Shown one piece after another: positions 20,741-48,727 of a stretch of 64,000 nt of DNA. The stretch's first letter is position 1. Every line of letters begins with the position of its first letter. The position numbers and the translations under genes were made by a program. Source of the DNA: the human T2T-CHM13v2.0 reference genome, Homo sapiens; assembly GCF_009914755.1 (NCBI RefSeq), contig NC_060942.1. One strand, written 5' to 3'. Under the pieces are notes generated by a model that searched no databases, was not told the origin of the DNA, and worked only from the letters and a program-made list of their open reading frames with translations.

Positions 20741-23700
20741 TGGTAGTGGCTTTTTATATCATCCAAAGCACTTAGCAAGGTAGTTTTTCTTTTCTTAACA
20801 ATAAAAATTTTTGTTGAATTGCTCAGTATTATATAAAAGTACAAAAATGGTCACATCTTATTGGAGTATGCAAAATTACAAAACTGTTCATTTTTAAGGG
20901 TCATCTTTGTGTAAGCAATAAATTAGCATCAAACAAACTAACTAAAAAAGAAACCGGAGGACTTAGAAACAACTTATGACTTTTGAAATCATTACCATCT
21001 TTCATGTGATAATTATCTTCCAATGGTTTGGCTCAGCTGTGCCCTACCATTTGCTCTTATTTGTCATTAAGGCCTCACTTATTATTTATTTTCATTCTTT
21101 AGCATTTATGCAGGAAGGCAGCAATGTAAATTCCCTTGCCTGGGATTCTTCCCACAGACAATAGGAAATAAATTGCAATTAGATTTTGGTAATTGTCTAT
21201 AATTAACTCAAAATGAACTGTTAATTATAAAAAAAGTTTTCACTTTCTCATTATCTCATTTATTTTAGTCCCAAATTCTTAATGCCTCACTTAAGTTTAA
21301 TATTTTAAAAACAGTATTTTTAATACTAAGATAATTTAAATATCCAAATAAATAAAATTTGCTTGAAATTAAATTTTATTTAGGGAGTTCTAGTGTTAAA
21401 GCCAAAGAGCCTGCAAGGTACAAAGTAAATGGATCATTCTCGTAACCATTCTTGATTGTATTTTCTAAAATTAGTGGGCATTTTTGTTTAATAATTCTAC
21501 AAAGGCTTCTCAAGGCTCTATAGTATTCTCCCCTGACTTATCTCTAACTGTTCCTGGTGTTAGTGGAGACAACATCATTTCCATAGCAAGTGGAATCAAA
21601 TAGACATTAAATTCATTGTCTTTACTTCTTTCAACCTCACATTAGATGAAATAATTAAGGACTGCTGTGTGAGAATTCTTGGCTTACCAATGACTGTCAG
21701 ACTTGGAAGCACTTGCCAGAGTTTCTTGAAATCCTTATAATGTATGATTTTGAAAGGTATATGGTCTTCTCAGAGGCATTTAGGACATTTTTTTGGAAGC
21801 AAGTGTATAGTCTTATATTTTTGTCATAATTATTTAAATTTAGCTCATACATGCCCAGATGCCCCTAGACCTTAGAGCATGTCCATCTCTTTGACTGGAG
21901 CACTAATTTTTTAAATCTCAATCTTTCTCAGTTAAGTATGAAAGGAAGTCATCTCCTAAGAAAGATGGCAATGAGGAGAACATCGGGGAGGAGGATGCTG
22001 ATAAACTTGAAATAGCCTCAATTGAAGGTATAATAAGAAATCATCAGAAGATGATGAATACGAAGTAATACATCCAGAATATAGACGTTCTCTTGAATCA
22101 ATAAGATAAACTACCTTAAATAGGCAACTCTCAGAAAGGTAAATCCAAATAATAAGTATATAAAACCTTCTGCAACTAATCAGGGAAAACAAAACACAAA
22201 AGAATAGTTCAAAATGAATACCTAGAGTCACCCAGAACTCACTTCCTCTACAAAGAAGGATCAAAACAGTAAATAAATAACTAAGTGTCAAATAGAGCTT
22301 CTTGGAGAGAAGCACTGGAATTCAACAGGGAAGTCACAGGGAACCTCTGAGGCACAGAAGGAGAGAGAAGCAAAGCAACCAGTCTGGCCAGGATCAGCTC
22401 ACACCAGGAAGAACTCCTCATTGGGAAAAAAAGTGAAGTAAATCACCACCATGTTCTTTAAGTTCTGCCTTCATTATAGGGAAAGAGTTAGCAAGTGATT
22501 TCTATTGGTCCACATTCCCACCGTGGACTCCTGCAATTCTAGCTATAGGAGAGCTCTTCAGTTCTTATGGGCCTTAAGACTAGTATAGGCAGCTACTTGG
22601 AGCCCATGCAACAGCATTGTTCCATCAAGAGAGTTGATACTGGGTCCCATGTACCCACTGAGACTCAAGCAGCTGCACCTCCCTGCCATTTTAGGAGATC
22701 AGCCTCCATCAAACTATATTCTGCCTTAGGTCCCAACAACCCCTGCATCTTCACATCTCTGGAGCCCTGCTGACATCCCTCCACATCTTTCTAGAGGGCT
22801 AAATTGTCATGATGCTGGCTGGACCCAGTAGTGAAGCCAGATATCCAGCACTGTTGTCCACATATTGTCCTACACCCTAGGGAACAGGCAGTTCAGCACA
22901 CCAAGGAAGCTGGCCCCAGGACAAAGGGAGCCAAAGCATGCGCTCCCCATAGCCTGAGAGCTGCCTATTGAGGGATGCTGCCACTGATGGCAACCTTGCT
23001 TCCTCCAACAGCAGGACCACAGAACAGCACATGCCTTCAGGGAGCCTGGGGACTGGCCAACTCGTATGCCATCTGAAACCTTAGGCTAGGCCCATTCTAC
23101 CCACTACCAGCAGTGCCCAGGCATGCCATCCGGTAGCCTGGGGGCTGACCCACCCACCTGTCACAGCTGTTGCCAACATGCACCATTGGGAGATCTGAGG
23201 ACATGCCCACCCAGCCCACTGCTGCTGGCACACGTGCATTCTTTAGGGGCCCGGGGATTAATTCACCCTGCTCCCTGCTGCCTACAGCCAAGTGCACCAT
23301 AGGAAGGCCTAATGAGAGGTCCACCCTACCTGCTGCCACTGGTGCCTGCACTCACACCCAGGGTCCTAAGAACAGACCCACCCCATCTACCACCGTTGCC
23401 AGAGGCACTCTAGCATACCATTTGTCAGCCTGTGTATTGACCCACCCCACTAATTGAAGCCAGTGCCCACATGTACCACTGTGAGTCCTGCAGTCTTATT
23501 CTGCTTGCAGCTGATGGCACTTGTGCACACAATCTGGGAGACTTGGAGATAGAGCCACCCCACCTGCCACGACTGATGCCCATGCACACCTTGTGGGCAC
23601 CTGAGGATAGGGCTCTCTTTGCCTACTGCCACCTGCACACAATCTCCAGGGTTCTGGAGATTGGTCTACTATACCCACCACTACTGTCACTCACAAATGT

Positions 23701-25025
23701 CATCCAGTGGCATAAGGACAGACCATTCCTGCTCACCACTGGCAAATGTGCACATATCCCAGAATCCCAAGGACTGGCCTGCTCAGCCCATCACTGACAC
23801 CAGTGGCTATTGGACACAACACTTAGGGGCCTGAGGATTGGCCTACCACTGCCAGTGCCAGACATGCTGCTTAGGGGCCCAAGGACCTGTCTGCCTGCCC
23901 AAATAACTGTTGCCACTGTCAGCACTAGAACAAGCCACTTGGATGCTCGAGGTATGGCCTGCTTAGACCTGCCACTCTCAGTGCCTGAATAAATCAATGG
24001 GGAGACTGAGACTGGCACACTCATCCAGCCACCACCAACACTAATCCCTTGCCACAGCTTACACAGACAACCACAGCCTAAGCCACTGAGGAGCTATCAG
24101 ATACTGCTGACACTTATAGCTAAAAATCATGAAGACTACACTACTGCACTCACCCAGAATCAAAGCCAAAGCACCCTACTCAGCCAACACTATAAATATA
24201 TTTATAGAAAAAACCCTTTTCTTATAAAAGTGAACCCATAAAATTGGAAGAAATGACTGTTACACTGGATGCACAGATATCAATATAAGGACACAAGAAA
24301 TGTGAAAAAGCAAGGTAACATAACATCTTCAAATGAGCACAGTAATTCTTCTGGAACAGATACCAAGGAAAGGAAATTATGAAATGCCAAAAAGGGAACT
24401 CAAAATAATGATACTAAAGGTACTCAATGAGATACAAAATAATACAGACAAACATACAAAGAAATCAGGAAAACAACTGATGATATGAGTGAGAAATTCA
24501 ACAAAGAGATCAGTATCATAAAAAAGAACCAAGTAGAGTTCCTGGAACTGAAGAATCCAATGAATAACATTAAAAATACAATTGAGAGCTTCAGCAATAA
24601 ACTAGATTAAGCAGAAGAAAGAATTTCTGAACTTGAAAACTGTCATTGGAATAACCCAGTCAGACAAAAAAGAAAGAATAGAAACAAGTTAAGAAAGCCT
24701 ATGTGATGTATAGGGCCACATAATGGGACCAAGTATTCTAATTTTAGGAGTTCTAGAAATAGAAGAGATGGGCAAAAGTATAGAAAACTTATTTAATGAA
24801 ATAGTAGCTGAAAATGTCCCAAGTCTTACAAGAGATTTAGACATCCAGATTTAGGAAGCCCTAAGTTCCCCAAATAGATTCAACCCAAAATGGTTTTTCC
24901 CAAGGCATGTTATAAACTATCAAAAGGCAAAGGCAAAGAATTAAAAATCCAGCAAGGAAAAGCATCAAGTCACATATAAAGGAATCCTCATCAGACTAAC
25001 AGTGAATTTGTCAAGGGAAACAGAG

Positions 25026-25377
25026 CAGCGGTCTCATGAGGAAATGAGGAAATGGCATGAGGAAATGGTTTCATGGAAGACAGTTTTTCCACAGACCAGG
25101 GTGTGGGGAGGATGGTTTTGGGATGAAACTGTTTCACCTTAGATCATCAGGCATTAGACAGGTTCTCATAAGGAGCATGCAACCTACATCCCTTGCATGC
25201 ACAGTTCACAATAGGGTTTGCGTTCCTATGAGAGTCTAATGCCACTGCTGATCTCACAGGAGGCAGAGCTCAGGCAGTAATGCTCGCTTGCCTACCACTC
25301 GCCTCCTGCTGTGTGGCCCAGTGGCTAACAGGCCAGAGATTGGTACCGGTCTGCAGCCTGGGGGTTGGGGACCCCTG
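25026..25377 (-). mobile_element. MER1B (hAT-Charlie MITE)
   Basis: Ends CAGCGGTC... and ...GGTTGGGGACCCCTG; internal match to recalled MER1B. 8-bp TSD ccttagag on the right, partly deleted on the left. Confidence 0.88.
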
Positions 25378-27151
25378 CCTTAGAGGCCAGGAGAGAATGG
25401 AATGATATATTCAAAGTGCTGATGGGAAAAAAAAAACCTGTCAGTCAAGAGTACTATAGCCAGCAAAGTTATCCTTCAAAAATGAAGGAGAAATAGTCTT
25501 TCACAGACAGCCAAAAACTGAGGGAATCCTTCATGACTCTCATTCACATGCTTAAGGGAGTTCTACATCTAGAAGTGAAAGGTCAGTGTCTACCATCATG
25601 AAAACATACACAGGTATAACAGTCACTAATGAAGCAGATACACAAATGAGGAACAAAAGGTGCCAAATGTTACCACTACAAAAATAAAAAAAGGCACCAA
25701 GTTGTAATGATAACAAAAAAGAAAGAGAAGAACAAATGATATACAAAACAACCAGAAAAGAAATAACAAAATTATAGGAGCAATTCCTCACTTTTCATTA
25801 ACAACTGTTAATGTAATTGGTTTAAATTCCTCAATAAGATATAGACTGGCTGAACAGATTAAAAAACAAAACTCAATTATATGCAGCCTACAAGAAAGTA
25901 ACTTCACCTGTAAAGACACAGAATAAAGTGAAGGGATGGAAATACATATTTCATTTAAATGCAAACCAAAAGCATACAGAGGCAGTTATAGTTATATTGG
26001 ACAAAATAGGTTTTATGTCAAAAAAAAAAAACATCAAAAGAGAAAAACAAGGTCATTAGATTAATATAATGGTGTAGGCATCCATTCTACAAGAGGCTAT
26101 AACAATGGTAAATACATATACATCCTGCACTGTAGCATCAAGACATATAAAGGATCATTATTAGATCCAAAGAGAGAAATAGCCCTAAATACAACAATAG
26201 TTGGGAACTTCAACACTCCACTTTCAGCATTGAAAAGATCATCTAGGCAGAAAATCAAGGAAACATCTGATTCAATCTGCACTATAAACCATATGGACAT
26301 AAAAGACATTTACAGAACATTTTATCCAACAACTACAGAATATGCATTCTTCTCGTCAGCACACAGAACATTCTCCAGGATAGACCATATAGTAGGCCAC
26401 AAAACAAATCTCAGCATCTAAAAATATCAACATCATATGAAATATTTTATCTCACCACAATGGAGTAAGACTAGAAGTCAATAACAAGAGGAACTATAAA
26501 AAAATGTACATATGTACAGAAATTAAACAACATGCTCCCAAATGGCCATTGTGTCAATGAGGAAATTAAGAAGGATATAAATTCTTGAAACAAATGAAAA
26601 TGGAAACATAACATACCAAAACCTATGGGATACAGAAAAAGCCCTGCTAAGAGGGAACTAGAAAAGCAAGAACTAACCAAACTCAAAATTAGTGGAAGGA
26701 AGGTAATAATAAAGATGACAACAGAACTAAATGAAATATGGGCTAAACAAAATACATAGGGCCAATGAAATAAAAAAATTGTATTTTTTGGAAAGATGAA
26801 GTTGATAAACCACTAACTAAGACTAACTAAGGAAAAAAGAAGACCCAAATAAATAAAATCAAAATGAAAAAGACATTACAACTGATATCACAGAAACACA
26901 AAGAATCATTAGAGACTATTATGAAAAACTGTATTCTAACAAATTGGAAAGGAAGAAATAGATAAATTCCTGGACATACGCAGTGTACCATAATTGAACC
27001 GGGAAGAAATTGAAAGCTCGAACAGACCAATAATGAGTTACAAGATTGAACCAGTAATAAAAAGCCTCCCAAACAAAATTAAGGCCCGAACTGGGTGGCT
27101 TTACTGCTGTATTCTATCAATCTTATAAAGGAGAACTGACACCAATTCTTT

Positions 27152-33006
<5,855 letters not shown>

Positions 33007-33289
33007 ACACCAATTCTTTAAAAAATATTCAAAACAAATTGGAGAGGGGGGATTTCTCCCTAACTCATTCTATGAGGCCAGTATTACTGATACCAAAACC
33101 AGATGAAGCTACAACAGAAAAAGAAAATTACAGACCATTAATCTTGATAATATACATGTAAAAATTCTTAAGACAATACTAGCAAAACAAAACCAATAGC
33201 ACATCATAAAGATAGTGCACCATGATCAAGTGGGGTTTATGCCAGGAATGCAAAGATGCTTCAACATATGCAATTCACTAAATGTGGTA

Positions 33290-33508
33290 CACTGAGAACA
33301 CATGGACATGTGGGAAAGAACATACTGGGGCCTGTCAGGCGTGATTCAGGGGAGGGACAGCAACAGGAAGAATACATATTGGATGCTGGGCTTAATACCT
33401 GGGTAGTGGGATGATCTGTGAAGCAACCACCATGGCACACGTTTGCGTTTGTAACAAACCTGCACATCCTGCACATGCACCCCTGAACTTAAAAGTTGAA
33501 GGAAAATG
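33290..33508 (+). mobile_element. Short L1PA (PA11-PA14-like) 3'UTR insertion nested in L1MA ORF2
   Basis: 10-bp TSD AAATGTGGTA (33280-33289 / 33509-33518); GCTGGGCTTAATACCTGGGT...AAACCTGCACATCCTGCACATG. Confidence 0.85.
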
Positions 33509-34867
33509 AAATGTGGTATATCACATCAACAAAACAACGGATAAAGACCATATGACATCTCAATAGACAGAGAAAAAAACTCATAAAATTTGATATATCT
33601 CATTATAAAAACCCTCAACAAATTAAGCATAGAAGAAACATACCTCAACTTAATAAACGCCATGTATGACAAACCCACAGCTAATACCACACCAAATGGG
33701 GAAAAGCTGAAAGTCTTTCCACTAAACCTGGAAGAAAACAAGGATGCTCACTTTCACCTCTCATATTCAACATAGTACTGGAAGTGCTAGCCAGACCAAT
33801 CAAGCAAGAGAAAGAAAGAAAATGTATCCAAATTAGAAAAGAGGAAGTCAAATATTCCCTCTTGGTAGACAGCATGACTTTATTTATAGAAAAACTTAAA
33901 GGCACCACCAAAATAACTCTTAGAACTGATAAACAAATACTGTACTGTACACTTATAATTAACTCATTGAAAAAGAAATCAAGAAAGTGATCCCATTTAC
34001 AATAGCTACAATAAAGAATAAAATACCCAGATATAAATTTAACCAAGGAGTTTCAAGACCTCAACGAGGAAAATACCAAGCAAGCTGAAAGAAATTGAGA
34101 AGAACACAAATAAATGGGAAGATGTCCATGCTCACGGATTGGAAGAATATTGTTAAAATGACTCCACTATTCAGAGCAATGCAATCCCTGTCAAAATATT
34201 AATGACATTCTTCACATATATAAAATATAAATCTTAAAATTCATATGAAATCACAAAAGATCCCAAATAGCAAAAGCAATACCGAGCAAAAGGTTACATC
34301 ACACTACCTGACTTCAAGGTATATTAGAAAGGTATAGTAACCAAAACAGCATGGTCTTAGTATGAAAATAGACACATAGACCAGTGGAATAGAATGGAGA
34401 ACCCAGAAAAAAATCTACGTATTTATAGCCATCTTACTTTTGACTGGGTGCCAAGAGCATGCATTGGGGAAAGACAGTCTTTTCAATAAACCATTCTGAG
34501 AAAACTGGATATCCGTATGCGTATGAATGAAACTAGACCCTTGTCTCTCACCATAGGCAAAAATCAACTCACAATGGATTAAAGAGTTAAACATAAGACC
34601 TGAAATTATACAAGTGCTAAAAGAAAACATACAGAAAACATTTTAGGACATTGGTCTTGGTAAAGATTTTATGGCTAAGACTTTAAAATCACAGACAACA
34701 AAATAAAAACAGGCAAATGGGTTTGTATTAAACTAAAAGTTTCTGTATAGCAAAGGAAACAATCAACAGAATGAAAAGAAACCCTGTATAGTAGAAGAAA
34801 GTATATACAAAGTATTCATCAGACAAGGACTAATATCCTGAATACACAAGGAATAGTTCAATAGCAA

Positions 34868-34870
<3 letters not shown>

Positions 34871-34906
<36 letters not shown>
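34871..34906. repeat. (CA)18 microsatellite
   Basis: Perfect dinucleotide run. Confidence 0.97.
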
Positions 34907-34909
<3 letters not shown>

Positions 34910-36286
34910 CCATCTAAAAGACAAAGAACTGAATAGGTATTTCTCAAAAGAAGACAAACAGATGGCCATCAGATACATGGAAAAATACTCAGCATCACTA
35001 ATCATCAGGGAAATGCAAATTAAAACCACAGTGAAGTATCATCTCACCCCAGTTAGCAGGGCTATTATCAAAAGACAAGACATAACAAATGTTGGCAAGA
35101 ATGTAGAGAAAAGGGAACTCCCATACGCTGTTGGTGGGAATGGAAATTAATGCAGTTATTTTGGAAAACAATATGAAGATTTCTCAAAAAAGCAAAAATA
35201 GAACTACATTATGATCCAGCCATCTCACTATTGGATATTTATCCAAAGGAAAGGAAATCAGTTATCAAAGAGATACGTACACCCCCGTGTTTATTATAGC
35301 ACTATTCACAATGACCAAGATATGGAATCAACCTGTGTCCATCATCATATGAATGGATAAAGAAAATGTGCTGTATTTATACACAAATACCATTAAGCTG
35401 TAAAAATGAATGAAAATGAGTCATTTGCAGCAACATGGATGGAACTGTAGGTAATTACTTTAAGTGAAATAAGACAGGCACAGAAAGAGAAATACTGCAT
35501 GATATCACTCATGTGAGAGCTAAAAAAAGTTGAGGTAGAGAGTAGAATGCTAGTTACAGGAGGCTGTGAAAGGTGGTGTGGGAGGAAGGTGAGGAGTGAT
35601 TGATGAATGGGTACAAACACACAGATGGAAGGAATAAGTTCTAGCATTCGATAGCACAGGAGGCTGGCTATGGTTAACAATAATTTATATTTCAAAATAG
35701 CTAGAAGATTTGATATTTTCCCACCATAAAGAAATGATAAATATTTGAGGTGATTGATATCCTAAATACCCTGATTCAGTTATTACACATTGTATGCGTG
35801 CATCAAAATATCATATGTATCCCATAGATATGTATGATTAATATGTAACAATAAAAAATGAAAGAACATTTCTCAATAAATTGGCAAAATTGAAAATTTT
35901 AATCATATCAAAAAGTGTGGAGAAACAGTATCATACACTATTGCTAGGAATGCAAATTACTAGAGCCATTTTGGAGATCAGTGTGGCAGTATCATTTAAC
36001 AATTATTTCTAATTATCAATGATAACTGGCATAGCAACTCTTTTCCGGTTATCTCCCCCTTCTTTCTGACTTCTCTTTAATTCTTTGCAATTTGTAACCC
36101 ACAACTAACCTTTTCGCCTAAAGAATTGCTCGGGCAAAAAGAGAAAATTCTTTCAATGTCCCTTTGAAAATTCTTCAGCAACATGACTGATTAACATGAG
36201 TGGGGTTTGTTGTTGTTTACCCTACACACTCTAGAAACCATCAGTAAAATTGTAAAATTGTGTTCAGAGACATTCAGTAAGAGTAC

Positions 36287-36591
36287 GACTAGGCGTGGTG
36301 TGGTTGCTGACGCCTGTTATCCCACTACTTTGAGAGGCCAAGCCATGAGGATTGCTTGAGTCCAGGAATTTGAGACCAGCCTGAGCAACACAGGAAGACC
36401 CTATCTCTAAATTTAGCTGGGTGTGGTGGTGCATGCCTGTTGTCCTAGCTAATAAGGAGGCTGAGATGGGAGGTTTGCTTGAGCCCAGGACTTCGAAGTT
36501 ATAGTAAGCTATGAATGCTGCACTCTACGCTAGCCTGGGCAATGATAGAATGAGACTCTGTCTTTTTGAAGGAAAAAAAAAAAAAAAAAAA
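36287..36591 (+). mobile_element. AluJ
   Basis: Diverged dimer; TSD aagagtac / aagagcac. Confidence 0.88.
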
Positions 36592-36681
36592 AAGAGCACT
36601 ACTGCAGAAAAGTATTTGCTATTAATTGAATGTTACATAACTTCCATAATAGAGGCATTTTCAAGGATTGGAAATGTCCTA

Positions 36682-37850
<1,169 letters not shown>

Positions 37851-38037
37851 AAAATTGTTCCCTGTGTTTCGTATTGTTCAAAATCCAAAACGAATTAAGT
37901 GTCACTAAGAACAAAATAATGTTACAAAGCTTTGCTTACTTTTAGAGTACATAAGCTTTTCCCCTTTTCTCCTCAAGATTTTCCTGCCACTTACCCCTTA
38001 CACTAGTTGGGAATCGCTTTTTAAAAACTGAATTCTT

Positions 38038-38356
<319 letters not shown>

Positions 38357-38483
38357 TTATCAGAATCCCTTTCTGTATTCATAATAGATATGATAAAACA
38401 AATGAGAATAAATACTATCTAAATCCTCTTTATGAGACCTATGTCCTGGTGACTAGTAATACTATTTTTAAAAATTATATGTA

Positions 38484-39597
38484 GTTTCATAGAAATAGCA
38501 CTGAATCTGTAAATTACTTTGGGCAGTATGACAGTTTTTACTATATTGATCCTTCCAGCCCATGAGCATGGAATGTTTTTCCATTTATTTGTGTTGTCTC
38601 TGATTTCCTTCACCAGTGTTTTGTAGTTCTTGTAGATATCTTTCACCTCCTTGGTTAGATGTATTCATTCCTAGGTATTTCATTTTTCACTGTGGCTATT
38701 GTAAGTGGGATTATGTTCTTGATTTCATTTTTAGCCTGGGCATTGTTGGTATATAGAAATGGCACTAATATTTGCACATGGATTTGTGTATCCTGAAACT
38801 TTACTAAAGCTGCTCATCAATTCTAGAAACCTTTTGGCAGAGTCTTTAGGATTTTCTAGTTATAGAATCATCATCAGTGAAGATAGAGTTTGACTTATGA
38901 GATGCCATCTCACACCAGTCAGAATGGCTATTATTAAAAGGTTAAAAAAAAAAAACATGCTGGCAAGCCCGTGGAGAAAATGGAACACATGTACACTGTT
39001 AGTGGGAATGTAAACGCAGCCACTGTAGAAAGCAATTTGGAGATTATCAAAGAACTTAAAACAGAACTACCATTTGACCCAGCACTCCTGTTACTGGGTA
39101 TATACCTAAAAGAAATAAATCATCCTGCCAAAAAGACATATGCACTTGTACGTTCATTACTGCACTATTCACAATAGCAAAGACATAGAATGAACCCAGG
39201 TACCTATCAGTGGTAGATTGGATAAAGAAAATATGGTAAATATACACCTGGAAATACTATGCATAAAAAAGAATGAAGTCATGTCCTTTGCAGCAACATG
39301 GATGGAACTGGTGGCTATTATCATAAGCAAATTTACACAGGAACAGAAAACCAAATACTGCATGTTCTCATGTATAAGTGGGAGCTAAGCATTGAGCACA
39401 CATAAACTAAATATGAGAACAGCAGACTCTGTGAACTACTACTGGGGGAGGGGGCGGGTAGTTAAAAAACTACCTGTTGGTTACTATGCTCACTACCAGG
39501 GTGATGGGATCTGTACTCCAAACCTTAGCCTTATGCAATATTCCCGTGTAACAAATCTGCACATGTACCTTCTGTATCTAAAATAAAAACTGAAATT
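38484..39597 (+). mobile_element. Short 5'-inverted L1 (L1PA15-17/L1PB-like)
   Basis: Minus-strand ORF2 piece (38484-38896, [18 protein letters not shown]) joined to a + strand ORF2 end and 3'UTR (38897-39597). TSD aaaaattatatgta (38470-38483) / aaaaattatttgta (39598-39611) at a TT/AAAA site. Confidence 0.82.
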
Positions 39598-39835
39598 AAA
39601 AATTATTTGTAATGAACAGTTTAAAATATATAAATTTCTAATAAATATATGTTATTAAATCAACTTACGCATTTTTTCATTGTAAACAATAAGTGAGATG
39701 GTTAACACATCACCAGTCTGGTACCTGTTCTCTCCATGCCTTAGCATGGTCTTACATAGCCTTTAGGAGCAAAGCTTTATTCTTACATTCCATACTAGGA
39801 CACCTCACTTCTTTACCCTTGCCACAGACACTGGT

Positions 39836-40316
39836 GTTTTTTGTTTTGTTTTGTTTTGTTTTTATTATTATACTTTAAGTTCTAGGGTACATGTGCACAA
39901 TGTGCAGGTTTGTTACATAGGTATACATGTTACATGTTGGTTTGCTGCACCCAACAACTCATCATTTACATTAGGTATTTCTCCTAATACTATCCCTCCC
40001 CCAGCCCCCCACCCCCTGACAGGCCCTGGCGTGTGATGTTCCCCACCCTGTGTCCATGTGTTCTCATTGTTCAACTCCCACCTATGAGTGAGAACATGCA
40101 GTGTTTGGTTTTCTGTCCTTGTGATAGTTTGCTTAGAATGATGGTTTCCAGCTTCATCCGTGTCCGTGCAAAGCACATGAACTCATCCTTTTTTATGGCT
40201 GCATAGTATTCCATGGTGTATATGTGCCACATTGTCTTAATCCAGTCTATCACTGATGGACATTTGGATTGGTTCCAAGTCTTTGCTATTGTGAATAGTG
40301 CTGCAATAAACATATG
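39836..40316 (-). mobile_element. L1PA6-like 3' fragment
   Basis: ORF2 end plus 3'UTR with a (CAAAA)n tail; TSD CAGACACTGGT (39825-39835 / 40317-40327) followed by TTT/AAAA. Confidence 0.9.
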
Positions 40317-42160
40317 CAGACACTGGTTTTAAAATGATAGCTAATAGACTGAAATGTAAGGCTACTTAGGGTTCTCCCAAGCTGTTGTATAAACATCATT
40401 TGTTAATTGTAGATTGATGACACTTAAAGGGGAAAATAAAACATGTTACCCCTCGTATATGGCATAGCATAGCCTAAGAATTAGCTTTTTTGTATGTAAT
40501 AACTACATGTTTTTGTCTCTAGATAATTTTTCAATCATATTTGTTATATTAGTACATAATTTGTGGGATATTTTCTCAAATGGCAATTCATAGATTTTTT
40601 TCAGGATGTTAGATTATCTGACTGCATTCTTTTTTCCTAGGGCATGACTTATATGTGTATGAAAGTAGGGGTTAGAAAGCATTATCTATAGAAATTAGAG
40701 AAATTTCCTGAAAAATGTTGCTGCTACCACTTATTAAATACAAGAAGCTGGTTAATAAATTGTATAAACATTACACTTTATCTGCTGCACGTGAATAGAC
40801 AGAGTACTGGTGGTTCTCAGCCTTTGTTCTAACATACTTACACAAATCTTTTTGAAAGTAATTTTCTTCCTAGAAGAAATAATATAGGTGGGATTGGAGA
40901 GTTGGAAGTTTCATTGCCAGTTGAGTCTGCTTGCTTTGATAACCTCATTCCCAAATTTATTTGGAATGAGAGCAGTTTGATTTCTTTCTACACAGTAACT
41001 GCTTATTCTGCTCCAATCTGAAACGGAGCTCTTGTCACACTGTGGACCAGAGGTAGCATCTTAGATAGTGAACATTATTTCCCAGGAGACAGAGAAAAGC
41101 AGTGGACTTGAAGATGTCAGCTGGTTAAAAAAAAAAAAAAATCACTTATTTTTCAACATTTTTTTCGAGGCTCCAATAAATGGAGATTAGTCTGCAGCCT
41201 ACAACTGCATATTTAGTTGTCATATCAGACCTTTGGTAGAATCCAAAAGACTGTTACTGGATATTATGGTCTAATTGATAAAATATATCCAGGCCAAGAT
41301 TTTGTTAATGAAAAAAAAATCTGTAAATGTATTGCAGTGTTTCACTTATACTACTGAAATATTTGTACATTAGGTATTTTGCAGTATGAGGTGAGAGTTA
41401 AGGAATAAGGCAAAATAGATAGAAGCCAAAAGTATTTTATCAAAGCATCACGTTTGCCTATAAGACCTTTATGTGCCTGTAAATAGTGAAGCTAGCAAGG
41501 TTAAGAAGTAATTATTAAGTCAATTTATTTATTCTTGTTTTCAGAAATTACAGAAATTCCCTCTGAAAGGATATAAAATTTTTGATGCCATAAAAGGTTT
41601 TTATTTTTAGATAACTATAGCTTCCATTTGCTTTTCTAACTGCATTGAAATAGTTTCTTTACATTGATTTTGGGATTCAGCACAACTGGATACACTTAGG
41701 ATGAACAAACAAACACAAAAATTTAACAAACATTCTTTTATTTGTGGAATTTTCTGGATAGATAGGATGGGCAAAAGTTTATGTGAAGATAGATGAAAAG
41801 AAATAATTACTGTTTCTGAGCATACATTTTGTTTATAAAGTGTCTGAGAACATGGTTGCAATCTTATTGGCTTATGGCGGTTTGTTTTAGGTGGTTGCCG
41901 TCTCAGAAGAACTTGCAATTACATATGAAAGAGTGCTAATTTTTAATAATCCTACAGAAAAAAGTTTACATTGAACTCAACTATATTTGTTTTTCACATT
42001 GCTCCTGTAGTGAAGAGGATTGATTTCTGCATTACTTTTGCAATTTGGCATTGTGTCCTTTGGTACTTGGTGTGTGCAAGCCTTAATCCTTTAACCGTGA
42101 ACCTGAGCCCTGGGCTATTTGATGGAAAGACTTTCTTTGTTACGTGGTATGGTGGAGTAT

Positions 42161-42543
42161 TGTATTAGTCTGAGTCAACTTGAGAAAAAGAACCAGTAGG
42201 AGATATATATTATAAGATATATTGCAAGGAATTTGCTTACACAGCTGTCCATGCTGGCTAGGCATGTCTGAATCCATAGGCAGGCTATCAAGAAGATCAG
42301 GCTGGAACTTAGGAACAGGCTGAAGCTGCTATCCACAGGGAGAATTTTTCATTTTTCAGGAAAGCCTCAGGTCTGCCTTTAAGGCTTTTCAAGAAATTAA
42401 ACAGACCCATCCTGATTACCTAGGATTTTATGGACTTTAATCACATCTACAGAATACCTTCACAGCAACCCTTAGATTAGTGTTTGATTGGGTAACTGGG
42501 AACTTTAGTCCAGCCAAGTTGACACATAAAGAAGACCATCATA
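42161..42543 (-). mobile_element. MLT2 (MLT2D-like) ERVL 3' LTR
   Basis: TGTATTAGT...GAACCAGTAGGAGATATA...CAAGTTGACACATAAAGAAGACCATCATA, directly followed by ERVL internal sequence. Confidence 0.8.
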
Positions 42544-42627
42544 GCCCATAACTTGTCAACTTGGCACTCATACACATCATCTTAAGCCATACTTAACCTT
42601 CAAATAAAAACATTAAAAATGATTATT

Positions 42628-48727
<6,100 letters not shown>

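Noticed and set aside
22900-24060. GC-rich degenerate repeats with overlapping ORFs resembling a CpG island, gene or CRISPR-like array
   Set aside because: CpG-poor, no constant repeat-spacer structure, and positioned as the 5' region of the L1MA.
41545-41596. Possible cryptic exon after a strong acceptor (ttcttgttttcag)
   Set aside because: Donor AAG|gttttt is poor, 52 nt is frameshifting, and there is no other support.
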